In this document: positions 34,938 through 40,858 of the stretch, in pieces
Layout: each line of letters starts with the position of its first letter
Position numbering within the stretch: position 1 is the stretch's first letter
Source of the DNA: an uncultured Syntrophomonadaceae bacterium
Lineage (GTDB): Bacteria > Bacillota > Dethiobacteria > DTU022
Direction of reading: 5' to 3'
NCBI GenBank assembly: GCA_964592135.1
Contig: CAZQEV010000002.1
Location: 1-40,858 of the forward strand
Length of the DNA: 40,858 bases
The notes under the pieces: generated by a model
Told to the model about the DNA's origin: nothing
Seen by the model: only the letters and a program-made list of their open reading frames with translations
Databases searched by the model: none
Made by a program: the position numbers and the translations under genes

Positions 34938-36041
34938 TTACGGCGCCTCGGGATAACCGATAAGCAGCAGGTCGCCGTCATACTGCTTGATCTCCAGATC
35001 CTTCAGGCGCCATGCCTCATCGAGTTCCGCCACGCCCCGTCCCTCAAAAGAGGTAGGGCTATCCCGCCCCCCCACAATGAGCGGGGCGATGAATAACATG
35101 AGCTTGTCGACAAGCCCCGCCTCCAGAAGGCTGTAGTTCAGGTTGCCGCCGCCTTCCACCAGGAGCTGGCAAATCCCCCGTTTTCCCAGTGCGCTCATCA
35201 GGGCCGCCGGATCGACCCGCCCCTCCCGCTCCGGCAGCTGCAGTGTCTCCACCCCTTTTTCCTTCAGAGCTTGCAGTTTTTCCGGCGGCGCAGCAGCTGT
35301 TGTGGCCAGAAGAGCGGCGGCTCGCGAGGCGGAATTGATCACATGAGCATCGAGCGGCAGCCGGGCTCTGCTGTCCACGATCACGCGCAGCGGATCCCTG
35401 CCGCCGCCCCCTGCCAGGCGGGCTGTAAGGCGGGGATCGTCCCGCAGCACCGTATCGATGCCCACGGCAATGGCATCGCTGTTGTGCCGCAGGCGGTGAA
35501 CAAAGGAGCGGGCTTTCTCACCGCTGATCCAGCGGGATTGTCCCTCCCTTGTGGCCGTCTTTCCGTCCGCAGTAACGGCGGTCTTGACAATGACAAAGGG
35601 GCATCCCGTTGTGATAAATTTTACATATACCTCATTCAGACGCAAGGCTTTCTCTTCCAGGACGCCGCTCTTCACCCTGATCCCCGCCTCTTCAAGCCTC
35701 CGGAAGCCCTTACCGGCCACAAGGGGGTTGGGATCCTCCATTGCCGCCACCACCTTGCCGATTCCCGCGCGGATAATGGCTTCAACGCAGGGACCGGTCC
35801 GGCCCTGGTGGGCACAGGGCTCCAGGTTAACATAAAGCACAGCACCGCGGGCCTCTTCGCCGGCTTTGCGCAGTGCAGCAGCCTCGGCATGGGGCGATCC
35901 TGCAGCCTGGTGATAGCCCGTTGCCACTATTTTGCCGTCGCGTACCACAACCGCACCCACCATGGGATTGGGATTTGTTGCACCCCTGCCCCGCCGGGCC
36001 AGATCCAGGGCTGCCCACATAAACCGTTCATCAACATCCAA
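34938..36041 (-). CDS. ribD: bifunctional diaminohydroxyphosphoribosylaminopyrimidine deaminase / 5-amino-6-(5-phosphoribosylamino)uracil reductase
   Basis: The deaminase zinc motif is HAEAAAL...PCAHQGRTGPC. A C-terminal RibD_C reductase domain is present. Confidence 0.95.
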   Translation of the reverse strand: MDVDERFMWAALDLARRGRGATNPNPMVGAVVVRDGKIVATGYHQAAGSPHAEAAALRKAGEEARGAVLYVNLEPCAHQGRTGPCVEAIIRAGIGKVVAAMEDPNPLVAGKGFRRLEEAGIRVKSGVLEEKALRLNEVYVKFITTGCPFVIVKTAVTADGKTATREGQSRWISGEKARSFVHRLRHNSDAIAVGIDTVLRDDPRLTARLAGGGGRDPLRVIVDSRARLPLDAHVINSASRAAALLATTAAAPPEKLQALKEKGVETLQLPEREGRVDPAALMSALGKRGICQLLVEGGGNLNYSLLEAGLVDKLMLFIAPLIVGGRDSPTSFEGRGVAELDEAWRLKDLEIKQYDGDLLLIGYPEAP

Positions 36042-36075
36042 AAGATTTCACCTCGTATAGCAGTATTGGAGCAAA

Positions 36076-36282
36076 GAAAAACCCTGTTCAAAGAACTTCA
36101 GGGTCTATTCGGGGGTAAAGATTGCGCTTTGATCCGTTCCTTCTCCCCTCCAGACTTTACTGTCGGCCCCGGAATCGCACCGGGTCAGCCTTACGGTTCG
36201 CGGGCTAACCCCTGACAGGGTATTACCGCCGGTTCGGAATTGGCGGGATCGCTCCCCCCTCACCAGACCCCGAAGAAAACGG
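36076..36282 (-). promoter_or_regulatory. FMN riboswitch (RFN element) with terminator-type expression platform, leader of ribDE(BA)H
   Basis: The minus-strand RNA contains the conserved RFN blocks. These are UUCUUCGGGG...CCGCCAAUUCCGAACCGGCGGUAAUA...AGCCCGCGA..., then GACCCGGUGCGAUUCCGGGGCCGACAGUAAAGUCUGGAGGGGAGAAGGAACGG. The hairpin GACCCUG-loop-CAGGGUU followed by UUUUCUUUG lies at 36076-36106. Confidence 0.9.
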
Positions 36283-36295
36283 TTTCGTTCAATTC

Positions 36296-36327
36296 ATTAT
36301 AGCATAACCGGCGAATCCTTTAAACCC
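36296..36327 (-). promoter_or_regulatory. candidate promoter of the rib operon (TTTAAA-17-TGC-TATAAT)
   Basis: An extended -10 TGCTATAAT lies about 15 nt upstream of the riboswitch 5' end. The -35 hexamer overlaps the rpe stop. Confidence 0.45.
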
Positions 36328-36991
36328 GGTAACGCGGCCCCCCGATCGTCTTAAAAGCCTGGATCAGCCCCAGGCCGCCCGGATCCTTGAATACAGCCGA
36401 CCCCGCCACCAGCACCGTGGCGCCGGCAGCGGCAACCTGCGACGCCGTATCTTCGTTAATCCCGCCGTCCACAGAGAGCTCCACCGTCCTGCCGCAGTCG
36501 CGGATGCGACCGGCCAGGATCTCGATCTTGGGCAGCACTGCCGGAATAAAAGCCTGGCCCCCGGCGCCCGGGTTCACGCTCATCACCAGAACAAGGTCGA
36601 GCAAAGGCCAGACATAATCGAGGTGGTGGTGAGACGTAGCCGGATTAAGTGCTGCGCCGGCCTTCAGACCGCTCTTTTTGATCCGGCGCAGGACACGATC
36701 CAGATGTGCCGTGGCTTCGACATGGACGGTGATCATATCGGCGCCGGCCCGGATAAAGGAGTCCAGATGGGCTTCGGGATTGTCGATCATGAGATGGGTG
36801 TCGAAGATCAGGGAAGTATGAGGGCGCAGCGCCTCCAGGACCAGGGGTCCCATGGTAATCGCCGGAACAAAGCTGCCGTCCATGATATCCAGGTGAATCC
36901 AGTCGGCGCCGGCGCTCTCGATCCGCTGCACCTCTTCACGGAGCCGGCCGAAGTCGGCGGCGAGCAAAGATGGCGCTACTTTAAGAGGCAT
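36320..36991 (-). CDS. rpe: ribulose-phosphate 3-epimerase
   Basis: Motifs are PSLLAADF, HLDIMDG, HLM and MSVNPGAGGQAF. Confidence 0.95.
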   Translation of the reverse strand: MPLKVAPSLLAADFGRLREEVQRIESAGADWIHLDIMDGSFVPAITMGPLVLEALRPHTSLIFDTHLMIDNPEAHLDSFIRAGADMITVHVEATAHLDRVLRRIKKSGLKAGAALNPATSHHHLDYVWPLLDLVLVMSVNPGAGGQAFIPAVLPKIEILAGRIRDCGRTVELSVDGGINEDTASQVAAAGATVLVAGSAVFKDPGGLGLIQAFKTIGGPRYRV

Positions 36992-36997
36992 CTTTAT

Positions 36998-37903
36998 TTA
37001 TCTCTCCTTGTCGGTCAGTTCTTGCCAGAAAAGCCGGTAGTGCTCGTAGCGGCAGCGATTTATTGCCCCCGCTGAGGCCGCCTCACGCACAGCGCAGCCC
37101 GGCTCATGGATATGGTTGCAATCCCGAAAAGAACAGCGGCCGACATGATCGTTGAATTCCGGAAAAAGATCCCCAAGCCGACCGGGAACCAGGCCGCTTA
37201 AAGAAACCCTGGAGAATCCAGGTGTGTCAACGACAAAACCGCCAAGATTAAGCCTCAGCAGCTCGGCATGGCGGGTAGTGTGGCGGCCGCGCCCGATCTT
37301 GCTGCTGACTGCGCCTGTCTTCAAGGAGAGACCGGGCTGGACCGCATTGAGCAGGGACGATTTTCCGGCGCCCGAGGGTCCGGCAAAAGCAGAAGACCTG
37401 CCCTGCAGTTTTTCGTCGAGCCGGGCGATACCTGCACCGGTCTTCGCACTGCTCCAGATCAGAGTATAGGGAAACTGTTCCAGCAGTCTGGAATAAGAAT
37501 CCAGCTCCGCTTCGGTAACCAGGTCAATCTTGTTCAGGCATAAGAATACATCTATATTTTCCCGGCCTGCCATAACCAGGACCCGCCCCGCCAGTTGCCA
37601 GTCGGGTTCCGGTTCCCGCAGCGACAGCACAAGGACCAGCTGCTCAACATTGGCTACCGGGGGTCGTGTAAGGACTGTTTTGCGGGGTAGAAGCTCCTCA
37701 ATGATCCATGATCCTGCCTCTCCGCCGCCGCGCCGTTTCTCTTGCTCTCTTTCCCCCGCCGGCTGAAAAACCACCCTGTCACCAACGAGGATTTCATCGT
37801 CCAGCCGCTTCAACTTGCCGCGTGCGCGGCAGAGGTAGCTCCGTCCCTCCCCGTCGTGGACGGTAAAAAACCCGCCCGCAATCCTGACTATTGTCCCCTT
37901 CAG
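36998..37903 (-). CDS. rsgA: ribosome small subunit-dependent GTPase A, with probable CTG start
   Basis: Circularly permuted GTPase motifs are LNKIDL and GPSGAGKSSL, with a C-terminal zinc knuckle (CSFRDCNHIHEPGC). The conserved OB-fold N-terminus, (L)KGTIVRIAGGFFTVHDGEGRSYLCRARGK, lies upstream of the track's TTG start at 37813. No ATG, GTG or TTG is available there. Confidence 0.85.
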   Translation of the reverse strand: MKGTIVRIAGGFFTVHDGEGRSYLCRARGKLKRLDDEILVGDRVVFQPAGEREQEKRRGGGEAGSWIIEELLPRKTVLTRPPVANVEQLVLVLSLREPEPDWQLAGRVLVMAGRENIDVFLCLNKIDLVTEAELDSYSRLLEQFPYTLIWSSAKTGAGIARLDEKLQGRSSAFAGPSGAGKSSLLNAVQPGLSLKTGAVSSKIGRGRHTTRHAELLRLNLGGFVVDTPGFSRVSLSGLVPGRLGDLFPEFNDHVGRCSFRDCNHIHEPGCAVREAASAGAINRCRYEHYRLFWQELTDKER

Positions 37904-37927
37904 AAAATATAGGCCCCCTTTGGCCGG

Positions 37928-39646
37928 TTAATCACCGGTCTCTCCTTCATCGACGATCTCTCCTCCATCCACAGCCTCTTCTCCACCGCCTGTATCCCGC
38001 CGGCCCGTCAACCCCTCCGGCCCACTGCTGATCACCAGATCTATCGACTGTCCCGGCTGCACGGAGCTGCCCGGCTCGGGAAACTGGGCCATAACGGTTC
38101 CCGCCGGCTGTTCGCCGGGCTCGTACCGGTAACGGGGTTTCAGCCCCTCCTGTTCCAGATAGGCGGCAGCCTGATCCCTTGTCAATCCGATCACCGAGCT
38201 CAGTTTGAAAGGCCTCCCCCCCAGGCTGACATAAACAACCATTTCCTCTTCGGGGGATACGGGAAGATCGGCGCGGGGCACCTGTTTGAATACTTTTCCT
38301 TCAGGAACATCGTCATTGTATTCACGCACCCAGTTCACCTTCATCAGTCCAACCTCACGCAGCATGATCCGGGATTCTTCTTCCGTGTGCAGGTAGAGAT
38401 CGGGGGCAAGAATATTCTCCGGTCCCCTGCTGATAAAAAGCTGGACCGGGCGCCTTTTTCGGACTGTCCGCCCCTGAAATGGCACTGTCTTGACCACATA
38501 ACCTTCGGGAATAATATCGTCATGGACAAACTGGATCTCCGGATCGGGGGTCAATCCGTGCTCTTTTAAAATGGCAATGGCATTCTCATAGCTGAGGTTC
38601 CTCACTTCCGGGACCGTGACCTCGGGGACAAAAAGATAGCCCCGGGTAAAAAAGATCGTTCCCGTGATCATCGCTCCAAGTAGAAAAAGAAGAGCCAGCA
38701 CCAGCGGCCAATTCTTTTTAATAGCATCCAGGCCGCGGTTTCTTTTTTTTAACCGCAGCGGCTTCATCACCCTGGTGTCCTGCTCATCGTCGTTCAGCAC
38801 AGAGGGCGGGAGAGCGCGCGATTTCCCTTCTTCCTGGAAATAAAGCAGATCGTCGAGGAATTCCCTGGCATTGAGATAGCGGCGAGCCGGATCTTTTTCC
38901 ATAGCCTTTAAAATAATCCGCTCCAGCGGCTCGGGTATATCTCCGTCCAGTTTTCTAGGCGGAACCGCCTGTTCCTGAACATGCTTCATGGCCACGGAAA
39001 CAGGACTTTCCCCGTTAAAGGGGACCTGCCCGGTAACCATTTCGTAGAGAATCACACCGAGCGAGTAGAGATCGGAACGTTTTTCCGCCAGGCTCCCCCG
39101 GGCCTGTTCGGGAGAAAAATAGTGAACTGAGCCCACAATCTTGTCCGAGCAGGTGAGCGTGCTTCCATCTGCCGCAATGGCGATCCCGAAATCAGCCACT
39201 TTGATCTGGCCGTTATGGGAAAAAATGATGTTTTGAGGCTTAATATCGCGGTGAATCACCCCTGCGGCATGGGCCTGGGCCAGTGCCTCGACAATCCGGG
39301 AAGCAATGGTCACCGCTTCATCGGCGGGAATACGCCTTTTCTCACGGATATATTCCTTCAGGGTCTTGCCGTGAAGATATTCCATCACGAAAAAGTGAGT
39401 GTTCTCCTCTTCACCGACATCATATATGTTCACAATGTTGGGGTGAGACAATCCCGCGGCCGCCTGTGCTTCGCGCCGGAAACGCTGCACAAAAGCGCTG
39501 TCACCGGTCATCTGGTCCTTGAGCACCTTGATCGCCACCGTCCGGCGCAGCAAACTGTCCCAACCGCGGTAGACATGGGCCATCCCGCCCTCTCCGATCT
39601 TTTCAAGCAATTCATAGCGGCCTGCCAGGTTTTTCCCGATCATCAA
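37928..39646 (-). CDS. prkC: Ser/Thr protein kinase with PASTA repeats (PrkC/PknB type)
   Basis: Hanks kinase motifs are GEGGMAHVY, AIKV, HRDIKPQN, DFGIA and SPEQ. A single TM helix follows, then three PASTA-like repeats and an acidic tail. Confidence 0.95.
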   Translation of the reverse strand: MMIGKNLAGRYELLEKIGEGGMAHVYRGWDSLLRRTVAIKVLKDQMTGDSAFVQRFRREAQAAAGLSHPNIVNIYDVGEEENTHFFVMEYLHGKTLKEYIREKRRIPADEAVTIASRIVEALAQAHAAGVIHRDIKPQNIIFSHNGQIKVADFGIAIAADGSTLTCSDKIVGSVHYFSPEQARGSLAEKRSDLYSLGVILYEMVTGQVPFNGESPVSVAMKHVQEQAVPPRKLDGDIPEPLERIILKAMEKDPARRYLNAREFLDDLLYFQEEGKSRALPPSVLNDDEQDTRVMKPLRLKKRNRGLDAIKKNWPLVLALLFLLGAMITGTIFFTRGYLFVPEVTVPEVRNLSYENAIAILKEHGLTPDPEIQFVHDDIIPEGYVVKTVPFQGRTVRKRRPVQLFISRGPENILAPDLYLHTEEESRIMLREVGLMKVNWVREYNDDVPEGKVFKQVPRADLPVSPEEEMVVYVSLGGRPFKLSSVIGLTRDQAAAYLEQEGLKPRYRYEPGEQPAGTVMAQFPEPGSSVQPGQSIDLVISSGPEGLTGRRDTGGGEEAVDGGEIVDEGETGD

Positions 39647-40392
39647 TCCGACCGCCCTCCGATATCAGTAGCATAAACTACCGTAATATTGTCACAGCCG
39701 CCCCGCTCATTGGCCAGCCCAATGAGTGCCTGGGCTGCCGAAAGCGGATCGGGATGCTTCACGGCAATCCGGCGGATCTCTTCATCCCTCACCATTGAGG
39801 TCAGCCCATCGCTGCAAAAAAGAAGCGCTGCACCCTGATCAAGCTCAACACTGATGAGATCAGCCTTCATATCGGCGGATGTTCCCAGAGCTCTGACCAG
39901 GATATGGCGCTTGGGATGGTCCTCGGCCTCCTCCGGGGTCATCCGACCGGTCTGAATGAGGTGCTCCACAAGGGAGTGATCCTCTGTCAGCAGCGTCAGG
40001 GCGCCCTTTGACAGCAGATAAGCCCTGCTGTCGCCGATATGTCCGATCACCAGGTTGCTGCCGTGGATCAGGCCGGCTGTGAGGGTGGTCCCCATCCCCT
40101 CCTTGTTTGCATCGCGGGCCGCTTCATCTAGAATCATACTATTAGCCTTGATGATTAAATTTTCGATTACTTCGGCAAAGGAATCGGGGGCAGGCAAACT
40201 TTCGGGGTAAACCTCATCCCAGTAGCGTTCAAAGACCTCAATGGCCAGGGCGCTGGCCACATCTCCCGCCACGTGACCGCCCATACCATCCGCCACCGCC
40301 AGAATGGAGAAATCGTCCCCTGCTTTCACCAGGTAACTGTCCTCATTGCGTGAACGCTCCCGGCCGATATGCGTTAGACCGGCAACCCGCAA
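39643..40392 (-). CDS. prpC: PP2C-family Ser/Thr phosphatase (PrpC/Stp type)
   Basis: PP2C motifs are RSRNEDS, VADGMGGH, LFCSDGL and GGCDNITV. TTG start lies 5 nt after GGAGGTG. The stop overlaps the prkC start. Confidence 0.9.
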   Translation of the reverse strand: MRVAGLTHIGRERSRNEDSYLVKAGDDFSILAVADGMGGHVAGDVASALAIEVFERYWDEVYPESLPAPDSFAEVIENLIIKANSMILDEAARDANKEGMGTTLTAGLIHGSNLVIGHIGDSRAYLLSKGALTLLTEDHSLVEHLIQTGRMTPEEAEDHPKRHILVRALGTSADMKADLISVELDQGAALLFCSDGLTSMVRDEEIRRIAVKHPDPLSAAQALIGLANERGGCDNITVVYATDIGGRSD

Positions 40393-40428
40393 GGCGCCAC
40401 CTCCAGAATAATAAAAGAATCCCAGATC

Positions 40429-40457
40429 AGTATAGCAAAAAACCTCTGAAATAACAA
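40429..40457 (-). promoter_or_regulatory. candidate promoter for prpC-prkC (TTGTTA-17-TGC-TATACT)
   Basis: Read on the minus strand. The extended -10 lies about 35 nt upstream of the prpC start. Confidence 0.4.
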
Positions 40458-40481
40458 TGTCACAGGCTGCCGCCAGCCGCC

Positions 40482-40521
40482 GTCACTGTGTCACTGTGTC
40501 ACGTGTCAATACCTCAATACC
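40482..40521. repeat. short direct-repeat cluster: GTCACTGT x2, GTCACGT, then (G)TCAATACC x2
   Basis: Read directly from the sequence. A further TGTCAC lies at 40458-40463, giving four TGTCAC copies within about 50 bp. Confidence 0.8.
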
Positions 40522-40694
40522 AGGCCACTTTGCAAAAACCATCCTTTGAAGATTTATCTGATGCTGCAGCATGGTATGAGGCACAGCGATCGGGCCTGGG
40601 GCACCAGAACCCACACACCATCTGTCTCTCACCTCACCAATATAAACACCTGTCCACTTTCGACCGGGGAATGTTGAACAGGACATTACATTGA
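40488..40694 (+). pseudogene. possible truncated RelE/ParE-family toxin remnant
   Basis: The 68-aa ORF contains SFEDLSDAAAWYEAQRSGLG. This compares with the family pattern A..EL.EA..(W/Y)YE.Q..GLG near the toxin N-terminus. The C-terminal third of the fold is missing. No partner antitoxin gene is visible. Confidence 0.3.
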
Positions 40695-40858
40695 CGCCGG
40701 GAAAAAGATAATTCCGGACAACAGGGACAGAAAAACAATTTCATGCGTCAGCTCTGAAAAGAACATGTCTCTGCAGGAGGAATAAACGCTTCAACATAGA
40801 ATGATAAATGATTGCCCGGAGAGGCATATTGGAGGAAGGGGATGCTTCAATGAACCAG

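Noticed and set aside
32688-36215. Plus-strand ORFs of 209-314 aa antisense to ribH/ribBA, ribE and ribD
   Set aside because: Shadow ORFs. The 35271-36215 ORF also runs through the FMN riboswitch on the wrong strand.
40483-40686. 67-aa minus-strand ORF upstream of prpC as a candidate gene
   Set aside because: It has no RBS and no motif. The opposite strand carries a recognisable toxin-family motif, so this is more likely its shadow.

Overview
This is a GC-rich chromosomal segment (by eye high-50s % GC, not computed) from an endospore-forming Firmicute of the Clostridia or Peptococcaceae type. That call rests on SpoVS, YtaF, CotF-like proteins, a PASTA kinase with PP2C phosphatase, and the Firmicute gene order.

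Most of the window is conserved housekeeping synteny on the minus strand:
- ftsY-smc-spoVS-rnc-acpP-plsX-rpmF-yceD
- ADP-forming acetyl-CoA synthetase
- NAD-IDH-like dehydrogenase, SLT transglycosylase, coaE-ytaF-mutM-polA
- ribH-ribBA-ribE-ribD behind a clear FMN riboswitch
- rpe-rsgA-prkC-prpC

Plus-strand genes are a 5'-truncated RND efflux permease, an XRE regulator, a class A PBP with two C-terminal Fn3 domains, and a GH125-like hydrolase with a GPH symporter.

I see no rRNA, tRNA or CRISPR array, and no recognisable defence or mobile system. I could not identify a convincing novel multi-gene system.

The items most worth a second look are:
1. A tandem pair of carbon-nitrogen hydrolase paralogues in which one copy has lost all three catalytic residues.
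2. In-place erosion of the fab operon: fabG and fabF are reduced to stubs around an intact acpP, and fabH and fabD are absent.
3. A GH125-like enzyme with a long N-terminal extension, next to a GPH transporter.
4. Decayed toxin and transposase remnants at both synteny breakpoints, downstream of ftsY and upstream of prpC.
5. rsgA, whose conserved N-terminus requires a non-canonical CTG start.
6. A cluster of tiny genes: two micro membrane proteins and a half-SASP-like protein.

All homology calls come from motif recognition by eye. No database search was run.
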